Shown here in pieces: positions 37,616 through 47,022 of a stretch of DNA of 64,000 bases; the first letter of the stretch is position 1; each line of letters begins with the position of its first letter. Both the position numbers and the translations under genes were made by a program. This stretch comes from Chloroflexota bacterium (GTDB lineage: Bacteria > Chloroflexota > UBA11872 > VXOZ01): assembly GCA_965221905.1 (NCBI GenBank), contig OZ244922.1, positions 2,848,001 to 2,912,000 on the forward strand. Reading direction: 5' to 3'. The notes under the pieces were generated by a model, which worked only from the letters and a program-made list of their open reading frames with translations, had not been told where the DNA came from and searched no databases.

Positions 37616-37783
37616 GCGCGGGGGCTTTTCCCTTGCCCTCTTGGACAGGGAACATTCACGAACGCCGCTGCGGGGGAATTTGCCACCTTTTCGCTTTGAA
37701 CACCCGACCTTGTAACACTAGGAAGTCTGTAGCCACTAGCTTTCGGCGACAAATGGTGGGCGCAGGTTTGAAACCTGCGCTAC
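37616..37783. repeat. Degenerate facing pair of GTAG-type REPs
   Basis: GCGCGGGGGCTTTTCCC at 37616 and GCGCAGGTTTGAAACCTGCGCTAC at 37760-37783; same arrangement as 56449-56594. Confidence 0.55.
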
Positions 37784-37833
37784 CGAACTGTCTCTCTCAC
37801 CGTCTGTGCAATGGGGCGGGTTGTCAGTCACTG

Positions 37834-38604
37834 TCAAGCGCCAAACAGACGCGCCGCATTCTCTTTGAATAATTTTTGCTTGTACGCGTCCGGTATCTGC
37901 GTCTCGGTCTTGATGCTGAGCAACGCTGATTCATGGTAGTGCAGCGGAGAGTTGGAGCCAAACAGCACGTGGTCCGGCCCGATGGTCTTGCAGAGCTTTG
38001 CAACGTCGTGGATTGGCCCCTGCACGCGGCTGTTTTCTACGTACAGGTTATCGCGCTTATCCACGCCCTGCCAGATGCTCGTCACCTCCCGAAACCGTCC
38101 ACCCGTAACAAGAAAGCGCACCTGCGGGAAAGCGTTTACCGTCTGCGCAATATCGCCAGCCGCAACATCCGGGACTATCACTAGACGGTGGTGATGCCGC
38201 ACGTCTTCCAGGCCGATGGCAATGAGGATGAGCAGATCATGCTCCTGCGCCAACTCCAGCAAGCGCAAGTTCTCCTGCCCTAGCAACTCATACTGGTGGT
38301 AATTGGGATGCAGGCGCAGATTCTGTACGCCAAGTTCTTCTAAACAGATTTCCAAGTCTTCGTCCCAGCCCGGATACGCCGGATTGACGGTATACGCCGG
38401 AAAGAAGCGGTCCGGATGTGTTTGCACGATCTTGTGCAATTCGCGGTTGCCGACGAGCAGGTCTTTGAAGAAGACATTCTCCAGACGTGAAACCACGGCC
38501 TTTTCTATGCCGAGGGCATCCATCTTACGCAGCAGGGTATCAGGCTGAGAGCAGGGCAAGCGGCGAAACGGCCACTCGCCGACATAGGCATTACTATCGA
38601 TCAT
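37834..38604 (-). CDS. Amidohydrolase family protein (non-canonical, lacks HxH)
   Basis: IDSNAYVGEWPF, LRLHPNYH, VLFGSNSP, ENAARL; ATG 38604 after AGAAGGG. Confidence 0.82.
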   Translation of the reverse strand: MIDSNAYVGEWPFRRLPCSQPDTLLRKMDALGIEKAVVSRLENVFFKDLLVGNRELHKIVQTHPDRFFPAYTVNPAYPGWDEDLEICLEELGVQNLRLHPNYHQYELLGQENLRLLELAQEHDLLILIAIGLEDVRHHHRLVIVPDVAAGDIAQTVNAFPQVRFLVTGGRFREVTSIWQGVDKRDNLYVENSRVQGPIHDVAKLCKTIGPDHVLFGSNSPLHYHESALLSIKTETQIPDAYKQKLFKENAARLFGA

Positions 38605-38621
38605 GAACTCCTGCCCTTCTT

Positions 38622-39407
38622 TCAAGCCTGGTGCTGGGTAGTCTTGCACGCCGCCAGCACGCGCGCCATGTTTCTGTAGAGAATCTTCTCTTTGTCTTCA
38701 TTCTGCAGGTCCGTGCCGAGCACTTTCGCAAGCTGTGAGGGGAACGAGCGGCCCGGCATGTCGGTGCCGAAGATTACGCGGTCCGCCCCAACATGGTCAA
38801 CGAGTATGTGCACGCCAGCCGCATTGCATTCGTTACCGGCGATATCGAGAAGGACGTTCGGGCAACTGCGGAAGACCTTAGCGCCGTATTCGTAGTCACC
38901 GCCCGCATGTGCCGCAATGATGGTGGCGTTCGGATGACGGCGCGCCATATCCGCCACTATCTCCGGCGACGATTCCCCGTAGCCTAGTCCATCTGCCTTC
39001 AGCCACGTGTGCTGCAAGGCCGGCACGCGGTAGTGCGCACAAATCTCCAGCAAGCGATCCACGCGTGGATCGGAGCACGGCAGCGCGTGCCACAGCTTGA
39101 GACCGACAAACTGCTGCTCCACCAAGCATCTCTCTAGCTCCGCCACCGCGGCGTCAGCATGGTAGGGATTCACGTAGCAGAAACCGCGCACGCGCTCCGG
39201 ATAGCGCTGCATGAGCGCATATGTTTCGTCATTGGAGCGCCGGCAGAACTCCGGCGTCGGAAACGCGTAGCGAGAAGCGTCAGCCACCGGCCGGATGGCG
39301 TACGTTACAAGCACCGCGTCGAATTGCTCCGCAATCTCGATCTGTTCCGCGAAGTCGTCCAACGATTTCCCTACGTCGGTATGGACGTGAACGTCAATAA
39401 TCGCCAC
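38622..39407 (-). CDS. Amidohydrolase_2 family protein
   Basis: DVHVH, GLKLW, LQHTW, AHAGG, FGTD. Confidence 0.88.
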   Translation of the reverse strand: MAIIDVHVHTDVGKSLDDFAEQIEIAEQFDAVLVTYAIRPVADASRYAFPTPEFCRRSNDETYALMQRYPERVRGFCYVNPYHADAAVAELERCLVEQQFVGLKLWHALPCSDPRVDRLLEICAHYRVPALQHTWLKADGLGYGESSPEIVADMARRHPNATIIAAHAGGDYEYGAKVFRSCPNVLLDIAGNECNAAGVHILVDHVGADRVIFGTDMPGRSFPSQLAKVLGTDLQNEDKEKILYRNMARVLAACKTTQHQA

Positions 39408-39446
39408 CAAATCGCCTTTCAAGTCTCAAGTGGGATAGTTCGCGAT

Positions 39447-39518
39447 GTCATTCCGAGCGCAGCGAGGAATATAGGGCCTCAGTTTGCCATCCCTCGCCAG
39501 TTCTCTGCGCAAAATGAC
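39447..39518. repeat. Degenerate GTCATTCC-type REP doublet
   Basis: GTCATTCCGAGCGCAGCG is identical to the REP arm inside MITE-A; decayed partner ends in AATGAC. Confidence 0.55.
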
Positions 39519-39564
39519 GGCACAACGGACCTGAATTCAATAGGAGCGCATTGCGCCCAAGATT

Positions 39565-40374
39565 TCAACACTGCGCAGCAAAGACAGAGGGATTCTCTAT
39601 AGTCTTGGTTTCCGCAAGCACACGCGCCATGTTCTTGTATAGAATCTTGTCTTTATCGTCTGCACTCAAGTCCGCGCCCAGCACCTTTGCCAGTTGCGAT
39701 GGAAAGGAACGGCCCGGCATATCGGTACCGAAGATTACGCGGTCCGCCCCCACGTGATCCACGAGTATTCCCACGTATCCGGCGTTGCACTCGTTGCCGC
39801 CAATGTCGAGCAACACGTTGTCGCACGAACGAAAGATCTTCGCGCCGTATTCGTAGTCCCCGCCGGCGTGGGCGGCGATGATCGTGGTGCGCGGATGGCG
39901 TTTTGCCAGCGCGGCGACCATCTCGGGCGGCGATTCGCTGGTCTTCTGTCCGTTAGCCTTGATCCACGTATGCTGAAGTGCGGGCACGCGGTAGTGGGCG
40001 CAAATCTCCATGAGCGCATCGAGCCGTGCATCAACGCACGGCACCGCAACCCAGAGCTTGAGGCCGACGAAGTGCTGCTGCCCCAAACGAAAATCAAGTT
40101 CGTCACACGCCTCCCGCGCATGGCCGGGGTTCACGTAGGCGAATCCCTGCACACGCTCAGGGTAGCGCTCCATTAACACGTGAGTCTGATCGTTGCAGGC
40201 GCGGATGTTCTCCGGTGTAGGGTATTCGTGGTTGTTCCCGACCTCTACCGGCCGCACTGAATAGGTGACAAGGTGGGCATCAAACTGCTCAGCAATAGCG
40301 ATCAACTCAGCGAAGTCATCTAATTTGCGTGAAACGTGTGGGTGCACGTGTACGTCTATAATCACCGCATTCAC
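39565..40374 (-). CDS. Amidohydrolase_2 family protein (tandem paralog)
   Basis: DVHVH, GLKLW, LQHTW, AHAGGDYEYGAK, LVDHVGADRVIFGTDMPGRSFPSQLAKVLG shared with its neighbour. Confidence 0.88.
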   Translation of the reverse strand: MNAVIIDVHVHPHVSRKLDDFAELIAIAEQFDAHLVTYSVRPVEVGNNHEYPTPENIRACNDQTHVLMERYPERVQGFAYVNPGHAREACDELDFRLGQQHFVGLKLWVAVPCVDARLDALMEICAHYRVPALQHTWIKANGQKTSESPPEMVAALAKRHPRTTIIAAHAGGDYEYGAKIFRSCDNVLLDIGGNECNAGYVGILVDHVGADRVIFGTDMPGRSFPSQLAKVLGADLSADDKDKILYKNMARVLAETKTIENPSVFAAQC

Positions 40375-40514
40375 GCTCTTCCTTAGTCACACCGGGTTGA
40401 ACTGCGAAGTCTCAAATTGCAATAGGAAACCAATCGCCAGCACTAAGCCCACTAGTTGCTACACCGCGCATCCGCTGGCAACTGCATAAACTTCATGACT
40501 CCATGCGTAGAACA

Positions 40515-40548
40515 CGCTGGCTTAGCAGCTAATGCCGCTAAGCCAGCG
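40515..40548 (-). terminator. Hairpin just downstream of the SBP gene
   Basis: CGCTGGCTTAGC-N10-GCTAAGCCAGCG; no strong U tract. Confidence 0.4.
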
Positions 40549-40559
40549 CAGCACGTCTT

Positions 40560-41987
40560 CTACCAACCGCCCACAAGCTCCTGCCACTTCTCGATGATAA
40601 TGTTCCACTCCTGTTCGACGTTTGCGAGGCCTTCCTGAATCGTGATGTTCCCCGCCATGACGTCGGGCAGGAATCTACTCAACGACGTCCGCATCTCGTC
40701 AGCGCCGGGAATCGGCAGCGAATGCGACGCTCGGAACGGGATCTGATAGCTCTGGTGTTCGAGGAACGGATCACCCTCGGTGAAATCGGGCGAATTGGCG
40801 ACGGAAAATCGAATAGGCACGCGGTCCCAGGCCTTTGCCCAGCGAATGTTATTCTCCGGGCGTGACACGAACTCAATCCAAGCAAACGCCTCTTCGGGCA
40901 CCGTCGTCCACGACGCCATGATCCAGATGTGATGACCGCTCCAACTCGCTTGCCGCACGGCGTTGGGCGGCTTCGGGTGCTCGATGATACTAAACCCGAA
41001 GTCCGGATCAATTGGATAGATTTCCGCCTTGCGCGTGGAGTACGTTGCATACATTGAGGCGGTAAAGCCGTTGACAAGCGCAGCCCCACGCGGAGATCCA
41101 GAGGGACGAGCCGTCTTGTGCAGTGTAGCCAGCGCATCCCAGCCGCCCTGCACATCGTTTAGCTTTTTGACCCACGTCAGGGCTTCAACGGCTTCGGGGC
41201 TATTGATGGCCGCTTTGGTTAGGTCGTCACTGACCCGCTGGCCGCCGAGCTGTAAGAACGGCGTAATCCATTGGAACCGTCCGCCGCTGCCCCATTCGGG
41301 CGGGAAGCCCGCTACCACTACATTGCCAGCAGAATCTTTCCGCAGGGTTTTCTGAATGACCGATTCAAGCTCATCCCACGTTGCAGGACCGTTTTCCGGG
41401 TCCAATCCATTTTCCAGAAAGATGCTATTGTGCATATAGATAACGCGCAGATCCGGGCCGTAAGGAAAGCCATAGAGCTGACCGTCTTTGCTCCAGACCA
41501 TGTTCTCGGTCAGGCTTTCCCAAATGTCCTCCATATCGATGTTGGAGCTCTTGACGAGGTCATTCAAACCGCGCGCCTGGCCGAGGGCGCCGTGCTCAAT
41601 AGCGTGCCACTCGCCCCAGGAACTAATGTCGTGAGGGGTGTTGGCAGCGAACGCCGTTCTGAATGCGGCATAGCGTTCGCCTGAATTACTGGATGGCGGA
41701 TTGACATCAAAGTCGATATCGGGATGCTCTGCGCGAAACTCCGCCACAAGCTCCGCAGATACACCCTCTTCATCCTGGAACTTGAAGTACGGATGCGTTG
41801 CAAACAGCACGTATACGGACTCTTTTTCGGGGGCGGCAGCCTCTGCTTGCGGTGCTTCAGCTTGCTCTTCTGTAGCCGCGGTCTGAACAGGCACGGCACC
41901 GCAAGCCGCAAGTGCGAGGACACCTAGTGCGCCTCCTGAACCTACCAGAACGTTGCGGCGTGAAATTCGCTTTGCGTCCAAATCCAT
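40560..41987 (-). CDS. Extracellular solute-binding protein (family 1, carbohydrate type), Tat lipoprotein
   Basis: ISRRNVL...LAAC, GQLYGFPY, GLDPENGPATWDEL, INSPEAVEAL. Confidence 0.85.
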   Translation of the reverse strand: MDLDAKRISRRNVLVGSGGALGVLALAACGAVPVQTAATEEQAEAPQAEAAAPEKESVYVLFATHPYFKFQDEEGVSAELVAEFRAEHPDIDFDVNPPSSNSGERYAAFRTAFAANTPHDISSWGEWHAIEHGALGQARGLNDLVKSSNIDMEDIWESLTENMVWSKDGQLYGFPYGPDLRVIYMHNSIFLENGLDPENGPATWDELESVIQKTLRKDSAGNVVVAGFPPEWGSGGRFQWITPFLQLGGQRVSDDLTKAAINSPEAVEALTWVKKLNDVQGGWDALATLHKTARPSGSPRGAALVNGFTASMYATYSTRKAEIYPIDPDFGFSIIEHPKPPNAVRQASWSGHHIWIMASWTTVPEEAFAWIEFVSRPENNIRWAKAWDRVPIRFSVANSPDFTEGDPFLEHQSYQIPFRASHSLPIPGADEMRTSLSRFLPDVMAGNITIQEGLANVEQEWNIIIEKWQELVGGW

Positions 41988-42279
41988 TGGTCTGCCTTTC
42001 TCCACAATTCTACTTAGCTTTCCGGTCGCACAGTCGCGCTACCTTGAGCGCTTTGCGCAGCCGCTCTTAGCCATCCTTCGGCAAAAAGAACTTACGCGCC
42101 CGTACCTCCTTTCCGCCTACTTCGACAGTCCACTTTCGCCTGAGAGTAGCGGTTGTCAGCGGAATTTGGCTTGCTTGAGTTTCCGTTATTCTGCGCTGAG
42201 TCCGAACGGCGTCGCCCAAGGATTTTCTGCTCGATATCCTGCCAGGTGTTGGATTTCCAAACCGATCGCAGGGCAGTTG

Positions 42280-43056
42280 CTAGAGAATCTGCGACAGGAA
42301 GCGCCGCACCCGCTCGTGGCGCGGGTTATTGAAGAACTCAGCAGGCGGCAGGTCTTCGACGATCTGGCCTTCGTCGAACATAACGATGCGGTCGGCCACT
42401 TCGCGGGCAAAGCCCAACTCGTGCGTGATTGCCACGATGGTCATCTGCTGCGAGGAAGCCAGTTCTTTCATTACTTCCAGCACTTCCTTGATCATCTCCG
42501 GGTCCAGAGCCGACGTGGGCTCATCGAAGAGCATGATCTTGGGTTGCATCGCCAGCGCACGGGCGATAGCGACACGCTGCTGCTGACCGCCCGAGAGTTC
42601 GCCTGGATATTTGTCAGCCTGTTCCGGTATGCCCACACGCTCCAGGAGCTCCCGCGCACTGTTCTCCGCATCGGCCAAGGGCGTCTTGCGCACCTTGGTT
42701 GGAGCCAGCGTGATGTTACGCAGTACCGTTAGATGGGGAAAGAGGTTGAACGATTGGAACACCATGCCCACTTCGCGGCGGATGGCGTCGATGTTGCGCA
42801 CATCATCGGTCATCTCGACCCCATCAACGATGATATCGCCGCGCTGATGTTGCTCCAAGCGGTTGATTGCGCGGATAAACGTAGACTTACCCGAGCCGGA
42901 GGGACCGATAACCACCACCACCTCGCTGCGGCGCACAGAGGTGGTGACGCCACGCAGGGCATGGAAGTCACCGAACCACTTATGTACGTCACGGGCCACT
43001 ATGATATTGTCTGCTTCAGGAGCCTGTTCCGACGCTACTGCTGCTTCTGCTGCCAC
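42280..43056 (-). CDS. aapP: Amino acid ABC transporter ATP-binding protein
   Basis: GPSGSGKST, LSGGQQQR, MLFDEPTSALDPEM. Confidence 0.93.
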   Translation of the reverse strand: MAAEAAVASEQAPEADNIIVARDVHKWFGDFHALRGVTTSVRRSEVVVVIGPSGSGKSTFIRAINRLEQHQRGDIIVDGVEMTDDVRNIDAIRREVGMVFQSFNLFPHLTVLRNITLAPTKVRKTPLADAENSARELLERVGIPEQADKYPGELSGGQQQRVAIARALAMQPKIMLFDEPTSALDPEMIKEVLEVMKELASSQQMTIVAITHELGFAREVADRIVMFDEGQIVEDLPPAEFFNNPRHERVRRFLSQIL

Positions 43057-43127
43057 GTTAACTTCCGAGTGTTTCGACGCCCCATTGCAACCCTTGCGTG
43101 GGACTCATCCTTTGAAATCACTACGCA

Positions 43128-44366
43128 TTACCGTTGGCCAACGCCAAGATGCCGTTCCACCCGACGGCTGACAAATGACATTGTGTACGTAAATATCCAG
43201 AACACTACCGCCACAAATATGAAGAGCTCCCGTGCGTTGTCGGCGAATTGGACGTTGCCCTGCACGATGGAGCGTCCCATTTCCAAGATATCCAGCATGC
43301 CGACAATGTAGACCAGACTCGTGTCCTTGAACAGCGCAATGAACTGACCCACGATTGCAGGTATCACGTTGCGGATTGCCTGAGGCAATTGTATCAGCAT
43401 AGTGACCTGCCAGCCCGGAAGACCCAGGGCACGTGCCGCCTCGGCTTGACCCGGATGCAGTCCCTGCAGTCCCCCACGAATATTCTCGGCCGTGTACGCC
43501 GCCGAGAAGAGCGTGATCACAATGGCCGCCCGCGTCACGGAGTCGACGGGAAAGTTCGACGGCAAGGCGAGCGGTACGAGCACTTGCGACATGAAAAGCA
43601 GCGTAATTAGCGGTACGCCGCGAAAAACCTCGATGAATACCACGCAGAGAACCTTGACCACCGGCAGATTGCTCCGCCGTCCGAGCGCCAGCAGCACACC
43701 AATTGGAAAAGCGAAGAAGATACCCGACACCGCCAGAATCAGGTTGAGCATCAGGCCGCCCCATTTACGCGGCGCCACCTCTTCCATGGCGGGAAAACCC
43801 GGTAATCCGTTGAGCAACAGTAGCAGGAACACGTAGATCGCAATGCCCCCGAGCACGAACGTGCGTGGATGCCCGGTTCTAGGATGGCTACCCAAGCCGT
43901 AGCCTAGACCGATGGTCAACACGTTAGCCAGAATTAGAACACGCACCCACCAGGGCATTACCACGCCCTCGTGGAACATACCGTAGGGCAGCACTCCTAG
44001 CAACACCGTAACGAAGCTATAGCCGATGGCAATGCGCCGGGCAGCTCCACCCCACATTGCGGCAGCCATGCCGAAGAGGATTGAGACCAGCAGCCAGCCT
44101 ACTAGCGGCCGCCACGCGAGTTCTGTTGGGTACAGGCCGATGAGATACTGTTGCGGTCGGCTCGCGATGAGCGTCCAGTCAGCGGTACCGAAAACCCAGC
44201 GAATTATGCTCCAGACCAACCATAGGATCATCGGTACGGAGACCACGGTCACAATGCCGCTAAGCCAGTTACCAAATAAGTTGGTCCTAGCCCAACCAAT
44301 CCAACCTGTTTCTGTGAGTGGCGGAGGCAGTGAGGGCGCCGGTTGCCACGTTTCCGCAGTAGCCAT
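43128..44366 (-). CDS. aapM: Amino acid ABC transporter permease
   Basis: WGGLMLNL, LALGRRS, IEVFRGVPLI, AENIRGGLQ, GQAEAARALGL. Confidence 0.88.
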   Translation of the reverse strand: MATAETWQPAPSLPPPLTETGWIGWARTNLFGNWLSGIVTVVSVPMILWLVWSIIRWVFGTADWTLIASRPQQYLIGLYPTELAWRPLVGWLLVSILFGMAAAMWGGAARRIAIGYSFVTVLLGVLPYGMFHEGVVMPWWVRVLILANVLTIGLGYGLGSHPRTGHPRTFVLGGIAIYVFLLLLLNGLPGFPAMEEVAPRKWGGLMLNLILAVSGIFFAFPIGVLLALGRRSNLPVVKVLCVVFIEVFRGVPLITLLFMSQVLVPLALPSNFPVDSVTRAAIVITLFSAAYTAENIRGGLQGLHPGQAEAARALGLPGWQVTMLIQLPQAIRNVIPAIVGQFIALFKDTSLVYIVGMLDILEMGRSIVQGNVQFADNARELFIFVAVVFWIFTYTMSFVSRRVERHLGVGQR

Positions 44367-44379
44367 TAAGCAGCTAGCC

Positions 44380-45567
44380 TTAATTGAACTGGATATGCCG
44401 GTTATAGAGATTGCCAATCAGGGAGTATGTGAGACTGAAAAGCAAGTAAACGCCCATGATAATGAGAAATATGGTGACCGCTGGGGCCGTCTGAGTCATG
44501 GTCTTAGCCACACTGGTCAAGTCCGCGTAGCCGATGGCCAAAGCCAGACTACTGTTCTTCGTCAGGTTTAGGTACTGACTGATAAGGGGCGGGACGATGA
44601 CGCGCAGTGCCTGTGGGAAAGTAACGAAGCGCAACGTCTGCATGGTACCCAAGCCCAAAGAGCGGGATGCCTCGCTTTGTCCCCGCGACACAGACTGCAG
44701 TCCTCCCCGGACGATTTCCGCGATGAAGGCCGAGGTGTAAATTACTAATCCCACCAGCAACGCCGTCAATTCAATTGAAATGGCGTAACCGCCTACTGGA
44801 TGACCGAAGCGCCCTTCGGGATGCGGAACACTCATGATGAACGGGGCATCACTAATGATCACCCACGCCACCCACGCTATCAAAGAACCCACTAACGCTG
44901 TGCCAATTGCCCCTATCCAGGGATACGACAGGCGCCCGGTCCGCATTTCGCGGCGCTCCAACAGAATTCGCGTGACTAGCCCTAACGCAATAGCCGCCAC
45001 AACACATAGAAGCCATAGCCCTGGCCGCTGCTGACCCTCAGGCCATGGAAACGACAACCCCGCGTTATTGTTCAGGTAGATAGCATCAAACCAGACAAAC
45101 CCCCCCTGTTGTATTGATGGCAGTCCTAGCAGCAAGATGTACCAGAAGAAGAGCTGTACCAATAAGGGCACGTTGCGGAAGACTTCCACGTACACGGTGG
45201 CTACTTTACTGATCACCCAGTTGCCGGAGAGCTGTACCGCTCCCACGATGATGCCTAGTGTAGTAGCAAGTATCACACCCACTACAGACACCATCAGCGT
45301 GTTGGTCGCAGCTACGAGAAAGGCATAGGCAAAGCTATCGCTCTCTTCATACGGCAGCAGGGTCTCACTTATGGGAGTGGAGTACTCACGGTTCAAGAAC
45401 GACCAGCCGAAGGGAATGTCTCGTTGGTCCATTGCAGATGCAATGTTGGAGATGAAAAACGCCACAACCGCCACCACAAGGATTCCCGACACGATCTGCA
45501 TGGTCCAGCTAAGGATACGAGAGTGTCGCCAAATGGGAATTCCCTGGTACGTTAGCGATAGTCGCAT
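44380..45567 (-). CDS. aapQ: Amino acid ABC transporter permease
   Basis: FGWSFL, VEVFRNVPLLVQ, AEIVRGG, YLNLTKNSSLA. Confidence 0.88.
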   Translation of the reverse strand: MRLSLTYQGIPIWRHSRILSWTMQIVSGILVVAVVAFFISNIASAMDQRDIPFGWSFLNREYSTPISETLLPYEESDSFAYAFLVAATNTLMVSVVGVILATTLGIIVGAVQLSGNWVISKVATVYVEVFRNVPLLVQLFFWYILLLGLPSIQQGGFVWFDAIYLNNNAGLSFPWPEGQQRPGLWLLCVVAAIALGLVTRILLERREMRTGRLSYPWIGAIGTALVGSLIAWVAWVIISDAPFIMSVPHPEGRFGHPVGGYAISIELTALLVGLVIYTSAFIAEIVRGGLQSVSRGQSEASRSLGLGTMQTLRFVTFPQALRVIVPPLISQYLNLTKNSSLALAIGYADLTSVAKTMTQTAPAVTIFLIIMGVYLLFSLTYSLIGNLYNRHIQFN

Positions 45568-45643
45568 AGTCTTTATAACCTAGCAATCGAGCTACCGGCA
45601 TCCGCAGCTAGTAGCAAAACACACGATTCCCAGCGCATTCTAG

Positions 45644-46780
45644 CTAGCGCAATGGCGCCGCATAGATTTGTCCGCCTTTGGGGCAGTCAGAGCACGGCGC
45701 ATTCGACCACAACGCGTTGCGGGATCCTTCCCGCGGTAGATCGATGCCCGTGTCCGGGCCCAGATTCCGCGCATAGATCTCGCCGTAATTGCCTACCGTC
45801 TTGATCACGGTCTGTGCCACTGTTTTGTCAAGCCTCAGCTCCTCTTGACCGAATGAGCCTTCCGTTCCCAGCAAGCGCTTTGCCTTCACGTTGTCTCCTG
45901 CGGCGATCTCGTCAACGTTAGTCGAGTCAATGCCATACGCCTCAGCGTAAATCAAAATGCCCATGACGGTCTTCACGACATCGAACCACTGTTCGTCGCC
46001 GTGAGGCACAAGCGGTCCCAGCGGCTCCTCGGAAATCGTCTCCGGCAGGATGATGTGTTCATCCGGATTAGTCAAAGAACTCCGCAGCGCCGTGAGCGCC
46101 GAGCGGTCGGTCGTGAACACTTCACACGCGCCGCTTTTATAGGCCTCGAAGGCCAACTGTGCCTCTTCGAATGTCTTTGGATTATACTCCATACTGTTCT
46201 GGCGGAAAAAATCGGCCATGTTTAGCTCAGAAGTGGTACCGGTATTCACGCAGACCGCCGCGCCTGCCAACTCGTACGCGCTCGTCACTCCTAAGCTCTT
46301 TGGCACCATGAAGCCTTGGCCGTCGTAAAACATCGTTTGCACGAAATTTCCCCAGGCGGCGTCACGCGACGTCGTCCACGTTGTCACGTATACGAGTAAG
46401 TCCACTTCCCCCGACTGCATCACAGGCCCGCGTTCAGCAGCCGTGATTAGACGAATCTCTACGGCATCGGGATCACCCAGCACGCCCGCAGCCACGGCAC
46501 GGCAGAGATCGATGTCAAAACCGACACTATTACCGGCCTCGTCCACATAGCCAAACCCCGGCGTGTCGTTGAGGCTAGCGCAGATGAGTCGCCCGCGGGC
46601 GCGCACTGCCTCCAGTCGCGAACTCACGGCAGGCGCAGCCATAGATTCACTCTTGCCCATTTCGGCAGATTCTTTCGGGGCTGGCTCAGAATCAGTGGCG
46701 CAAGCCGGTCCGAGAAGGAGGGCCATTGCCATTACCAAACCGGCAATGAAAAGCCCGAATTGCTTCACAAATGTACGCAT
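45644..46780 (-). CDS. aapJ: Amino acid ABC transporter substrate-binding lipoprotein (AapJ/BztA-like, paralog 2)
   Basis: GFDIDLCRAVAA, TWTTSRD, FYDGQGFM, ISEEPLGP, GNYGEIY, YAAPLR. Confidence 0.85.
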   Translation of the reverse strand: MRTFVKQFGLFIAGLVMAMALLLGPACATDSEPAPKESAEMGKSESMAAPAVSSRLEAVRARGRLICASLNDTPGFGYVDEAGNSVGFDIDLCRAVAAGVLGDPDAVEIRLITAAERGPVMQSGEVDLLVYVTTWTTSRDAAWGNFVQTMFYDGQGFMVPKSLGVTSAYELAGAAVCVNTGTTSELNMADFFRQNSMEYNPKTFEEAQLAFEAYKSGACEVFTTDRSALTALRSSLTNPDEHIILPETISEEPLGPLVPHGDEQWFDVVKTVMGILIYAEAYGIDSTNVDEIAAGDNVKAKRLLGTEGSFGQEELRLDKTVAQTVIKTVGNYGEIYARNLGPDTGIDLPREGSRNALWSNAPCSDCPKGGQIYAAPLR

Positions 46781-47022
46781 TGCTATCCCCACCAACCCAC
46801 TAGTGGTTGCTGAACCAAGAGTTCGTTTAGAATTCACACCAGTTATCGTAGTGGCAAACCCAATTGCTCTACTGAATGCTCCGTAGATCCGATTTGCGGA
46901 TTGCCCTGCCGAATGAACCCCCCACAACCCCGGCCGGGCAGTCTTTGCACGAGGTGATAATACCAAAAGTCGCGTCGACCCGGAAGGTCCAGGCCGACGC
47001 GACGATTATCAACGACTACGAA

